Shown here: piece after piece, positions 42,701 through 54,222 of the stretch
Numbering within the stretch: the first letter of the stretch is position 1
Layout of the letters: every line of letters begins with the position of its first letter
Assembly: GCA_024137785.1 (NCBI GenBank)
Contig: JAHRHZ010000041.1
Location: forward strand, 22,833,518-22,897,517
DNA from: Ginglymostoma cirratum
Taxonomy: Eukaryota
Reading direction: 5' to 3'
Length of the DNA: 64,000 bases
The notes under the pieces: generated by a model
What the model saw: only the letters and a program-made list of their open reading frames with translations
Databases searched by the model: none
What the model was told of the DNA's origin: nothing
Made by a program: the position numbers and the translations under genes

Positions 42701-45700
42701 GCATTTATTACCATCTCAGAAGGCAGTTAAGAACCAACCACATTACTGTGGGTCTGGAGTGACATCTAGGCCAGACCAGGTAAGGATAGCAGATTTCCAT
42801 CTCTAAAGGATGTTAGTGATCCCAATTTTTTTTCTTGACAATCGTTTCATGGTCATTATTAAACACTTCCAGAATTTTATTGAATGCAAATTCAACCATC
42901 TGCCATGGCTGGATTTGACCCAGGTCTCCAGAACATTACCTAGGTCTCTTATTTAATAGCTCAGTGAAATTACCACGAGGTCATCACCCCGACTAAATTG
43001 CTAGCCTAGCCTAATATTAAACAGAAGGCACGCCCTGATGTTTGGGCTTAAGATTAATGTTAGAAATTTTGGCCTTGCCCTAAATATTATTTAGGGTGCA
43101 GTAGTATTGGTCATTCCAGTAAGTGAGCCATATATTTTACACTTGGTTTCCTGTCTGCAATTTAACCCTCATCTGATATAAGCATAGTCTTTCATCTGTA
43201 TTTCTCCAAAGACAGTTGATAAATAAACCAGAACAAAAGATATAAAAAAACTAGATTTCTTGCGATTTTGTTGGGTGATCAGCATTCATAAACTGCTAAC
43301 TAATGAGAATGTTTGTTGGTCAAGGTATCCCTATCATTCTTTAAAGCATCGCTATAATTCTTTGAAGCTTTTTCACTTTCCTCATATGATATTAATGTTT
43401 GTCAGATCAATATCAGAGACACTATTGGACAGAAAATATTCATAATTCTGCACTGAAATAGATACTAGCTTCGTAAGCACCTCTGAAACCTACAAATGCG
43501 AATTAGATAATTTTGCGACTAATTATGTATATTGATACTTATTAACTCAGTATGAGGTCATAATGCATGTTTGCTGCAGCTTCTTACATTTTTAAAGACT
43601 AGATGATTGGGGATACAACTAGGACCAATCTTTAGTCAAAGGAATTATTTACAGGAATCAGAAATATAGCAGTGAATTTTAATAGGAACCAATTATGTGT
43701 TAATTTTGCCAAATTTCGTGGCATGTTTCTCTCCATGAGGTCGATGAGTTTCCTCATATCATCATCACAAAATCACCTCATTACCAATGCACCATGCCCC
43801 TATAGCAACCTACTTGTTGTATTCTCCCAATCACCACCGCTGGGAATTCCCAGGATCTCTGGCACCACCACCATCTTAAATGTCCAGCCATGCACCCAAT
43901 CAAGTGTTGGCAGTGCACAGTTACCCTTCGCCGTGTGCATAGAAAATTGCACAACCACACATAAACGTTTCTCAGGGCATGTAGCTAGCACAGCTGATAC
44001 TTCATTGCACATGCAAGATCACATTCATTTATCTATTGCCATTTATATTCCAACCCATACAAGTTACTTATCCTTAGCCTCAGTCCATTTTACAAGCCTG
44101 TCGAAATCAGTGCTACTCTTTCTTCAAAGTCCAGTATGGCCAAGCATCTTTGTAATAATGGTCCAGCAATATGGGACCATCAAAAATAGGAAAGCCTTGA
44201 AATCATTCAATACATTCACTTGCGCTCAGCAACAGCAAAAGCAAGCAAAAATAAAGGCTGTATTTGCCCCGAGGAATGCAGGGGAACTGCTTGCCTTTCC
44301 ACCATCAACTAATTTACAGTCAATGAACGATCACTGCACCCAGCTCTCACCTACAGGAACTGTGTGTTAGTTAAGTACTATCTGGCTTGTTACACTTGAA
44401 GCTGTAGCACTCTATCATGCAGAAAATGTTGTTCTTCCTGCTGTTCAAACATTCCTCTTTGTTTTAACCTGGTCTCTCAAGGATGGATCATGAGTTACAT
44501 TACAGCGTGTCTATAACTGACAGGCAAATTATGGTTTAAATATTAATTATTCTTCTTTTCTTGGACATTGAATGGCATAATTAAATTATAGTAAAAAAAT
44601 TCAACATGACAGGCTACGAATTATGCAAGAGGAATGCAAACACATGGAAGGTAAAGTCAAGCCTGGAAGGAATTGAGTTAATCGACTGACTGCAAGTTCA
44701 CAGCTTTATTTGTTACGTGGAAACTGGATGACTGCGATTTTTGCTAATTGCATAGATACTTCTTAATTGCCTTGATGCTGATGAATTGAACAGGTCAAGT
44801 TATATTAAAATAGAACAGTTGATGGCCACAAGCTCATCAAAGTCAGATGGGTAATCACAGCAGGACAGTAAGAATTACTTTTGTGGCTAAGTGAATGGAA
44901 GACAACTTGAGAATACACTAACCAACCAGCAGTAATCATGAAGCAGTTTGCATTAAAAGAGAATAATGCATAACTGACTTGTTAAAGGTTTTGAATAAAG
45001 GGTTGGGATAGTTGAAATCATATTTCTTGATCATAAACTTGAGAAAGAAATAAAACCACCTCCAGTTAGACAAGAAATTTAGGACTAATTTTACTAGAAA
45101 TTGGCTAAGCGCAAATTTGGGCATATTTCATGAAGGGTTTGTCTCCGTGAGTTCTAGCAGATTTTCTCAATTGTTCTCCACAGTTCACCTCATTAGCTAA
45201 TCACCAGCATTCCATAGAATCCAATGGACAATGGCAGTAGGACTTCCTGCTGCTAAGACCTCCCAAGATTCCCTGCATGGGCACCATATTTAAAGTCCAG
45301 CAGTGCACCATGCAGGTGCAGCTATCAGTCAGATCTGTTCTTCACAGTATTGGGAGAGGAACAAAAAACAATGCTTCTGTGGCACATAGGTGGCATCATT
45401 GACACTTCATCACAAATATACGCTCACCTTTAGAAATATATTGCCATTTTACATCATTCACCTGTATGTTCTACAATCATTGTAACTGCAATTATATGAA
45501 TCAAACTAATCAGTTTAACATCCTTAATGTCATTCCATTTTATAACCATGTCTATGGAATTGCTCTTCATTCCTTTATGCTTAGTGTTGTCCAACATCCT
45601 CTAATTATTCAATGTAGGGCATCAAGTACCGGTATCCTCTCAAAAGTGAACAATGTTGATATTTATTTAGCAATATCAGAAGTGAAGGAAAAAACAAACA

Positions 45701-48700
45701 AAGTTGCATTTGCTACTGGGAACTGATTAAATGTGCATGTTGAAATCTAGACCTATATTAATGGGAATGGTAAAGAGTTTGCAAAGGAATGGCAGGTTGA
45801 ATGGACTCCCTAAGCTGCAGCGTGTTAGTGTTTGATTCAGTGTTATGGAAGGCAAATTGTCAGCAGCTCTTCCAATAAATTTACAGTCAGTGAGTGATCT
45901 CGGCATCCGGCTCACATTTACTGGAACTGGATGTCAGTTAAGTCCTGTCTGGCTTCTGATGCTGCACCACTCTAACATGCTGAAGATGCCTTTTCTCCTG
46001 CTCAGTGTCCTCATCTTGCTACTTGGAAGACTGATGCTGGACTCCCAGCTCTTCAGTGTCCATCACATCCTCTCTTTGCCTGCTCCAGTTGTGCAGTGCA
46101 TTGTATGCTAGGATTCTGCAACACCGCAAGGCCCACTCCAGACTAATCCAAGCAATTGAAACCCATCCTCACAAAGCCCATCTTCTGCTCCACGGTACCC
46201 CTGGTTTAAGAATGGGCTGCACTGTATCTATGTCCAGCCTCAGTATCAGAGTCAGTGGCCGCAGTCACAGTGTATACACCTTGTCTCCTTGTAACAATCC
46301 TTGTAAGGCATCTGGCCCATGAAACAAAGCAGAAATTTGGGAGGTCTCAAGGATACATGCATCATGGAAGATTCCAGGGTACGTGGTGCAGACTTCTAGG
46401 ATGTGGTGTTGATGACCACAGATGACTATTACATTGATGGAATGGAATGCTTTTCTATTGCTGAAGTCAGCTGTATTTCAATTTGGCGGTTTCAATGTAA
46501 TGTGCATGTAGCCTATACAATCCCAGATGTAGGGGAAATGCAGCTATGTCGACAAAGCCAACTACCCAGCTGCCGCATTCACCTTGCGTTGCAGAAATGA
46601 GATGAAGTGATGTGACCGGGCACAAATTGCATCAGCAACAGCCTTGATACATTTGTGGGTCAAGGTTCCCAAGTGGATACTTGGAAGCAGCCAGCTGCAT
46701 TAAGTTTAGTGCAGGGGAGGTGATGGCCTATTGGTATATCATTATACTATTAATCTAGAGACCCAAGTAATATTCTGGGGACCCAGGTTTGAATCCTGCC
46801 ACAGCAGACAGTAGAATTTGAATTCAATAAAAATCTGGAATTAAGACTGTAATGATTGCCACACATCCATCATCATTTGGCAGAAAAACCCATCTGGCTC
46901 ATTAATGTCCTTTAGGGAAAGAAACTGCCATCCTTACCCAGTCTGGCCTACATGTGATGCCAGACCCACAGCAATGTGATTGACTCTTAGCTGCCCTCTG
47001 GGCAATTAGAGATGAGCAATAAATTTCAACCTAGTCAGCCCTCATCCCAGGAATGAAGATAAAACCAGAACTGTCACCTTGGCAGCCATAGGTCCTGCAC
47101 CAGCAATTAGCATAATCAGTGACAGTGTCCTGGGAAATCCTCATTGTGCAATAATACCGTGCCTCATTCATCTGAAAGAAGTAGCATCTAGGAAAATAGG
47201 CTCTGGGACTCCTGTACTACCTCCTTGTCCTGAAGAGACCTGCAAGTGTACTGTCTTCATATGATGGCTTTCAGCTCACTGCTGGTCCTGGTACATCTGT
47301 TCCTCTTCAATTTATCTGCACTCCCATAGCACTGCAGCACTAGCAATGATAACACCTGCTGTGGCTAGATCCATTGATGGCATTTCCAATGATTATGTGT
47401 AAGGAAATATCAGAAACATAACAGGTCTTTCATAATGTGAGCAATCAGCATTTTCATCACTCACAAACCATGGTAAACCAAATGGTGGGACAAGGAGGAG
47501 GGCCCTGAGATGCCTCCACGCAGAACTCTGACGTAGGGATCTTATTCCAATGAATGCAATACAAGCCACATCACACAAATACAGTAGGAGATTGTAAGTG
47601 CTTGTCGCCCAACACACATTTCACCCAAGAAAGGCAGCATTGTTGATAAATACATGTTGGCAAGTACTTGCTGCTCAAGGTGAGAAAAATTGCGCTCCGT
47701 GCCCTTGTGCAGACTATGGGTTATCTTTGTGAATGTGTTTACTTCAGCTTCATCGAGATGACAACAATTAGTAATGACAGTGAAGTGCTCCTTGAATTTG
47801 GTTTGAGAGAAGAACCTCACTGCCTCCATCATTTCCTTAGCCCTACGTCAGGTGAAGTCTCCTCTGCTTTTCAATTTGCCTGCTTAACCTTTTATTCTAA
47901 GATTTTTCTCTTTTCAAAGATTAGTGAACTGCAGAGAGGTAAATGCAAGGCCTTGCTACAGAATGAATGAAGATGGCTAAAGGACAGTGGTGAGCTGTGC
48001 ATCAAGGCCAACAGAACAGGGGTAAGTGGTGGCAGAGAATGGGTTCGGGGGTAATTGTGATTGGAACGCACAAGAAGGAGGTGAAGGTGTGACAGAAGGA
48101 TCAGCAAGATTGGTAGAAGCAAGATGAAGCTATGATCATGGGCTTGGTATGAAGCAAGAAGTGTGGTAAATTGTTGCTGCAGAAAGTTTCAGAGCTCTGG
48201 AGAGAATGCCATATCTCACTGATGTTTGTTAAAAGGTATAAACCATTCCCTGAAATCATTAGAATGTACAGAACATTGAATGATGGTGCATACTTCAAAG
48301 TGAAGGACTGAAATTCACTGGCTTGTTACTCCTCTGGCTACATTTTTAGACTTCTGTCACATTACATAAACTTACAATTCACATTTCAACTTTTCTAACT
48401 TCAGTAAACATGTGGGTATGGATAAGTAGTGGATTAAAAACAGTATGCAGAACGGCATGCTGACTTTATTGGATAGAACCAGTTCAAAGTTGCAAGTGTT
48501 TCATTTGCAAGCCTAGAATGTATCGACTTGGCTTCTTTCCTATCACTGTGGAAGAAGAGCTTTTCTGGCAGTGGTAATTGAAGTCCTCTCTTCTATCACA
48601 ATCTATGAGATTAATGTGATTTTACTTCAAGCAATCTCACTCACTGTTTCTGGGACACCAATCAGGGTCCCAATTATAATATGAGAAACATTGGTTTAGG

Positions 48701-51700
48701 GATTGGCAGCTGAACGCACAGTTACTACTACATGGCACAATAAAATGTGAGCCTGCACAAGAGGCCAGAGTGGGAGAAATGCCAACATCTCAGAGAATTA
48801 TAATGGAGGACATTGCAGAGAACTTTTAATAAAGTAAGGCAACGTGACAGCATGAAAACATTGGCTGCTTTCTACATCAGCAAATGTAATGAACATCTAT
48901 AGCTCACAGTGTGTTTATTAAGAAGTATGTATATTTTAAATACTTGTTTAAAATTCCATCAAAATGTAAGCTGGTTTGACGTTGAAATATTATTAAACAA
49001 AACTTATTTTCTGTTTCCTCAATTCCTGACACAATGCCATATCTCACTGATGTTTGTTAAAAGATATAAAACATTCCCTTAAATCATTAGAATGTACAGA
49101 ACATTGAATGATGGTGCATACTTCAAAGTGAAGGACTAAAATTCACTGGCTTGTTACTCCTCTGGCTTCATTTTTAGACTCATGTCACTTTATGTAAACT
49201 TACAATTCACATTTCAACTTTTCTAACATCAGTAAACATGTGGGTATGGATAAGTAGTGGATTAAAAACAGTATGCAGAATGGCATGCTGACTTTATTGG
49301 ATAGAACCAGTTCAAAGTTGCAAGTGTTTTATTTGCAAAATTATCATTCTTCATTTATACCTAAAAATTGAAAAACTAGCAACAGTCAACAAGTCATATT
49401 ACATAACCCTGTTTAACAAAGTGAATTTATATGAATTATAGGAACAGGAATATGTTCTTTATTGCTCCCTAGCATCACATAGAATTGCTTGCATGTGCTT
49501 ATGGGCGTACAAGTAGGACAGACAACTGAAAGCATCACTTCCTCTTTGCAAATTGTCAGAATAGATGCTGACAGCTTTGAAGGAGATAGTAGGAACTGCT
49601 GAAGAATCTGAGATAACAAGGTGTAGAGCTGGATGAACACAGCAGGCCAAGCAGCATCAGAGGAGCAGGAAGGCTGACGTTTTGGGCCTAGACCCTTGAA
49701 GGACCCATGTTTTCAGTCACACACCTCCTTGTGGCCATGCAGAAAATTGCAGCCTTTGTGTCTATTAGCAGTGATGCTTCAGAGGAAAGGCGAGATCACT
49801 CCATGTTGCTTCTGTCCCCAGAGTTGATCATTGCCTGGGGAAGGTATTTTTGTGTTCATGATCCTAACACGTGAAAAATGATGTGACTTTCTTCCGCTCA
49901 TTTCTGTAATTGTAAACTCAATTTTGCCTAAAATACTTTTCAAACTCTATTTACACTTACACATATTGTTAACCGAACACATAAAAAAGATGAATTCTAT
50001 TCAGTCTGCCTTTTCTCTCGACAGATGCGTGCATTTCCATTATTTTCTGTTTTTCATCCAGCCTATACCAACATTTATAGTTTTTCTTTTTTTACAAATG
50101 AAACTCATACTCTGATGGAAGTCTGAACTTGAGCGGTGGTAGAAGCTCATCCAGTGTTCACAGAATTCAAAGCTGAATAGGACACAACAATAACAAAAAG
50201 TTGTATTCTAACAGTGTCTTGACAATCCTGTATGTTAATTTGTGCAGCAGTCAGTAATCTCTCTGTTTTTACATGAGTACCAAAAGTCATCAACATCAGA
50301 TTCTTTCTCTGAAATTTTAACAACTATCAGATAGAATTGTTTTTGAATCAATAGAAGGTATGTAGATATATGAGGGTGAAAGGATTGAAAGATTATTATG
50401 GGGAGAGACTGAAAAGGCTGGGGCTTTTTTTCCCTGGAGCCTCAGAGGCTGAGGGGTGACCTTATAGAGATTTATAAAATCATGAGGGACATGGATAGAG
50501 TAAATAGCCAAGGTCTTTTACCCAGGCTGGAGTCCAAAGCTAGATAGGCATAAGTTTAGAGTGAGAAGGGAAAGATTTAAAAAGGTCATGAGGACTAGCT
50601 TTTTCATGCAGAGGGTGGTGCCTGTAGGGAACAAACTGCCAGAGGAAGTTGTGGTGTTGTGTATAATTACAACATATAAAAGGCATTTGGATGGATGAAT
50701 GAATAGGAAGGGTTTGAAGTGAAATGGGCCAAATTTAGGATTACTTTATGATGTACGGTCAGCATGGATGAGTTGGACTGAAAGGTCAGTACTAGTCTTT
50801 GACTCTATGATAGTGTTTGCTGAAGAAGATTGAGAGGAGGTCTTTATGGAACTTAAAGACTGATGTGGATGCTAGGCATTCAATATAATCCTATCCAATC
50901 TTACATTCACCAATTAATTGCAATCCCAGATCATTGCCTGGGATAAGATTAATGCAATAACTTTGATCTGTCCTTTCCCCAATGTAACCTATGGAAACCT
51001 GACTTGTTTTATTGTCTATCAGCATATGCAAAACAACTTGGGGTAGCATGGTGGCTCAGTGGTTAGCACAGCTGCCTCACAGCGTCAGGGACCCGGGTTT
51101 GATTACATCCTTGGATGGCTGCCTGTGCGGAGTTTGCACATTCTCCCTGCGTCTGCGTGGATTTCCTCCGAGTGCTCCAGTTACCTCCCAAAATCCAAAG
51201 ATATGCAGATGAGGTGAATTGGCTATGCTAAATTGCCCATAGTATCCAGGCACGTGTAGGCTAGGTGGATTAGCCATGGGAAATGCAGGATTACAGGGGT
51301 TAGGATAGGGGGCTGGGGCTGGGTAGAATACTCTTTAGGGGGTCGTCGAGCACTTGATGGGCTGAATGGCCTTCTTCCACACTGTAAGAATTCTATGATT
51401 CCATGAATTCAAAATGTGTAATTAAAAGCTTGAATATGACTTTACCTTACATTTTATGCTGAAATTTTTTAGAAAGATTGTCAAATTGGCTAAGGTCATC
51501 TGCAGGAACCAGAGATTCTGTGGGATGTCATGCGGCAGCACGTAATTCTCCTAAAACTGTTCATTTTTCAAAGAGTAATATCTTACCTCAGCCTTGCAGT
51601 AGGGGGAGTGATTCAGTAGAGTTTACAGTGCAAGCTATACCAACAGGAGAGGAAGGGAAAATAACAAGCCAGTCAACCTAAGCTGTTCAAGTGTACATTT

Positions 51701-53919
51701 GTTACAGGCCTGTAGCAAGCAACATACTTTTCCAGTTCTATTTTAAACAAATTGTGCTGCTGGCATGTATAATATTTAAAATGATGCAGTGGTATCTTTG
51801 TTACTGTGGTGAAGGGAATCATTAACACATTCTGTGCCAGAAAAAAGGTCCCGTGTTGACACTCAACTGAGAGTCCCTGAGGTACCAATCACTGGCCAAG
51901 TATTAGGTGAGGTGAAAGGGGTGAAATCAAAGGAAAGTCATCCTTGAGCCACTGTAACATGCTCCATAATTGTTTATCATTTATCTTATGTTCATTACAT
52001 ATATTTATTATATGTGACATACATCACTTGAACCACTGTGCCTTCTCTATCAGCTTCTTAGCCCCTGGCAGCCCTATCCTTTTGATTCTTATTTCTTTTC
52101 TTTTTTCTCCAAATAAATATATAAACACTTTCAAAGTCCTCAATTGGCTTTATATTCATAACTCTGGCATTGTGTTTTTCACTTTTTCATATGCCTTTGA
52201 ATGAAAATATTTTGCCTGGATTCATTTCTAACCAGCTCTAAACTTCAATCCTAAGATTATAGAGTCATGGAGTCTTACATCATGCAAACAGACCCTTCGG
52301 TCCAACCAGACTACGCTGACCATTGTCCCCAACTAAATTAGTCTCACCTGCTTGCACTTGGCCCATATCTCTCACACCTTTCCTATTCACAAACTTAATC
52401 AAATGTCTTTTAAATGTTGTAACTGTACCTGCATCGGCTACTTTTTTTGGCATTCCACACACGAACCATTCACTGTGTAAAAAAGTTGCCCCTCACGTCC
52501 TTTTTAAATCTTTCTCCTCTCACCTTAAAAAATTGCCCCCTAGTTTTGAACTCCCTCACCCTGAATTCCTCTCATAACGGAAAGACTTGATCCTTATCTA
52601 CTCAATAAATTTTCATTGTTATTTTGTGCATCTTAATACAATTACCCTTAATCTCCTCATTTCCAAGGAATGCAAGTTTACCCAAATATCAAAGTTTATC
52701 CATTCTCTCATCACAGCTGTCACACGTGTTTCAGTTTTCATTTTATTGTAATATCTCTAAAATCATAGAATCCCTGCAGAAGTGGGCCTTTTGGCCTATT
52801 AAGTCCACACTGACCCTCCGAAGAGCATCTTGCCCAGATCCACCATATCCCTGTAAACCTGCATTTCCCATGGCTAATCTACTTAACCTACATGTCCATT
52901 AAACAATGAGCAACTTAGCTGGCTAATCCATCTAACCTGCACATCTTTGGACTGTAGGACAAAACAGGAACAGCTGGACAAAATTCACACAGACAAGGGG
53001 AGAATGTACAAACTCCACACTGACAGTCATCCAAAGCTAGAATTGAACACGAGTCCCTGGCACTCTGAGGCATCAGTGCTAAAAATTGAGCCACTGTGCC
53101 ACTCTAAAATGTATATCCTTCCAAAGATGGGCCACTCAGGAAAGAGCACCACAAAGCTAAAATACATTGGAAAGCCACGTGTTACACACCCTGCCTGACT
53201 TACCTCTCTATCAATATACAGGATGTATTACAGTGGCCATTCAACTTCCACACATTTTACCCCACGCTGCCCTGCCCCAGCTGGATTTGAACCTCATTGT
53301 CCAGACGAGAAACAGCCGACACTCTCTATAAACACAGCTGCACTTCCCCTCTCTTACATCCTGCACCGCTTGTGATGAAAAGTAAACCTGACTCCTCAGA
53401 CATAAGCAAAAATTCCCCTCGCAGTTTTTTTGGTGTAAACATTAATCAGTTTAAGTGAAATGTATTAGAATTCAGAGACAGGCCTTTCTGAAGTTGGGAA
53501 ATCTTGTCAAGCATATAACTGGTCTGTAACAAGGCTATGTGAATACAATGGTATCTGATACATCCATACCTATTACAGGAAAGTAAATTATAAAGAATAT
53601 TTTGTAACTTTAAAAAGTGTAGACTAGGGTCAAAGGTCAATCATGTGGCAGCTGAGTAAAGTATAATATAACATGATGCAATTTAGTCATTTCATTGAAC
53701 ATTAACACCATTAGAATATTCATGGACTATAATGTAAACCACCTCTGAAAAGAATGCTCACCACTTTCTGATTGGGTTCAGAGTCTTGCAAAAGCCACTC
53801 AATATCCAGATTCTTTGATACTAAGTGACCAAAGCGATGGTGACATGGTAGAACAACATCCTGCTCCTCAACCATCCTTATTTCAGTCTGGGGTTTTGCA
53901 GTCCACAAATGAGCATAGC
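33441..53919 (-). CDS. CLMP: CXADR-like membrane protein (CTX-family Ig adhesion molecule: V + C2 domains, TM, PDZ-binding tail); exons 2-7, 5' partial
   Basis: complement join(53919-53762,42623-42419,40608-40441,38523-38401,36332-36191,33723-33441), all GT-AG and phase-consistent; LPCHH..LDIEWLL, ITYSS.RVY, YTCKVKN.G.Y, EEEETPNEIREDAEAPKA, AFQTV* match CLMP; exon 1 not found in window. Confidence 0.9.
34045..34199 (-). pseudogene. Intronic partial duplicate of the CLMP last exon (copy of 33477-33627)
   Basis: About 88% identical by eye with one 3-nt insertion; KNGTLYPKHPQTPSTEGNKTPITYSP vs KNGTVYPKQPQTPSMEENKTPITYSP; no acceptor AG at its 5' edge. Confidence 0.85.
34866..34986. mobile_element. 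Penelope-like fold-back insert with 14-bp target-site duplication
   Basis: Palindrome centred on CAGGTCAAGCAGCTGCTTGACCTG; TSD ATACTGTGCTCCCA at 34852-34865 and 34987-35000. Confidence 0.8.
35176..36125. mobile_element. Probable solo-LTR-like element (TGTT...AACA), related to 57526-58895
   Basis: Shared blocks TTGGTCACAACAAA, TTTTCTTGAGT.AAAG.AAGAG and terminal CTCC.G(G)CTAACA; no clear TSD. Confidence 0.4.
36191..36332 (-). CDS. CLMP: CLMP transmembrane exon
   Basis: DELDPWIIAAAVIGVIVGLLLIFLIIWLTLYLKGKHKYEEEETPNEIR, 142 nt, AG/GTAAGG. Confidence 0.93.
36800..37150 (+). mobile_element. tRNA-derived shark SINE, full length
   Basis: GGCTAGTGGTATT..AATCCCACCATGGC head; AAAAACCCATCTGGTTCATTAATGTCC core; GGGCAATTAGGGATGGGCAATAAATG..CCCATGAATGAAT tail. 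Confidence 0.85.
38401..38523 (-). CDS. CLMP: CLMP C2-domain second exon
   Basis: SKTPEMLLLKNLSQVNAGLYKCSAINEAGEESCIVNVVIM, 123 nt, AG/GTGAGT. Confidence 0.93.
39610..40140 (+). mobile_element. 3' fragment of a CR1/L2-group LINE sharing its tail with the 36800-type SINE
   Basis: MEYSSL..NAAPTTLKELDAIQDKAACL ORF2 remnant; tail CACCACCTTCTCAAAGGCAATGAGGGATAGGCAACAAATGCTGG. Confidence 0.7.
40441..40608 (-). CDS. CLMP: CLMP C2-domain first exon
   Basis: KPAKPKCWTQGKLLKGNDIKLQCKSDKGTQPILYDWK..LHI, 168 nt, AG/GTCAGT. Confidence 0.93.
40880..41250 (-). mobile_element. CR1 LINE 3' end
   Basis: YSPEFRRLKGKLIETY..ERVDVKRLF remnant and CCATTCAATGAGATCATGGCTGATC terminal motif. Confidence 0.75.
42419..42623 (-). 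CDS. CLMP: CLMP V-domain second exon
   Basis: VITYSSGRVY..GRVSFAANYQMGDASIKI..DSGLYTCKVKNEGVYDWKNAINLVVL, 205 nt, AG/GTAAGT. Confidence 0.94.
42660..42990 (-). mobile_element. tRNA-derived shark SINE
   Basis: Reverse complement of the 36800 family; starts ~35 nt from a CLMP acceptor. Confidence 0.8.
46080..47280 (-). mobile_element. Decayed PIF/Harbinger transposase (HARBI1-like DDE), interrupted by a SINE
   Basis: Manual minus-strand translation across frameshifts: AKVTV|ALN..AAGCFQ, KCIKAVADAI, AFP..CIGYMHI, FSNRKAFHSINVIVICGH, YPGIFHDACIL, LLQGDKVYTL, HRYSAAH*TRGTVEQKMG..MGFNCLD, ALHN; these match Harbinger motifs NRKG.HSIN, PGS.HD, LGD.GYPL, RFRCLD, LHN. Confidence 0.85.
46714..47060 (+). 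mobile_element. tRNA-derived shark SINE inserted in the Harbinger transposase
   Basis: Same family as 36800-37150. Confidence 0.85.
48205..49338 (+). repeat. 306-bp direct repeat pair (48205-48510, 49033-49338)
   Basis: About 13 mismatches by eye, no indels, offset 828 bp. Confidence 0.92.
49585..49695 (-). mobile_element. Penelope-like terminal-repeat fragment
   Basis: GATAGTAGGAACTGCTGAAGAATCTGAGATAACAAGG...GGCCTAGACCC; flanking TTGAAGGA duplication (49577-49584, 49696-49703). Confidence 0.7.
50390..50810 (+). mobile_element. CR1 (HER1-like) LINE 3' end
   Basis: GAGGCTGAGGGGTGACCTTATAGAG..GACTCTATGA, homologous to 28840-29253. Confidence 0.85.
51040..51405 (+). mobile_element. HE1 SINE, full length
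   Basis: GGTGGCTCAGTGGTTAGCAC..GGGTTTGATT, V-domain, tail TTCTATGATT. Confidence 0.9.
52258..52565 (-). mobile_element. CR1 (HER1-like) LINE 3' end
   Basis: AAACAGACCCTTCGGTCC..AAATGTCTTTTAAATGTTG, homologous to 24206-24520. Confidence 0.8.
52762..53103 (-). mobile_element. HE1 SINE
   Basis: ATCATAGAATCCCT..CCTGCACATCTTTGGACTGT..CAAACTCCACAC..GAGCCACTGTGCC. Confidence 0.85.
53762..53919 (-). CDS. CLMP: CLMP exon 2 (end of signal peptide, V-domain first half)
   Basis: YAHLWTAKPQTEIRMVEEQDVVLPCHHRFGHLVSKNLDIEWLLQDSEPNQKV, 158 nt, AG/GTGAGC. Confidence 0.92.
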
Positions 53920-54109
53920 CTAAGTACCAAATAGAAAGCAGCAGTGTTAAAAATAGTGTCAGAAAGTTTTAAATCAGACTGATTCACATTTACAATATTC
54001 TAAACATGGTGGCACTGCCATAAACTCATTGGGCCAGTTGATCTCCCCAGGAGGATCAAGCTTCCAAAAGAGACAAAACTCAGTGAACTTTCTAATTTTT
54101 TATTTAACC

Positions 54110-54222
54110 TATTTTTTTCTAACCAACCTGTTCAGAGATGTTATTACACACTACTGGATCAGATAGGACTTGAACCCAGGCCTCCCAGTCCAGGGGCTAT
54201 CACTGTACCACAAGACGGCCCA
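54110..54222 (-). mobile_element. Short tRNA-derived SINE
   Basis: Reverse complement of the 18695-18812 element. Confidence 0.6.

Noticed and set aside
43672-44370. 232-aa plus-strand ORF, the longest in the track
   Set aside because: GTG start, antisense within a CLMP intron, no recognisable domain, overlaps repeat-like sequence similar to 45260-45310
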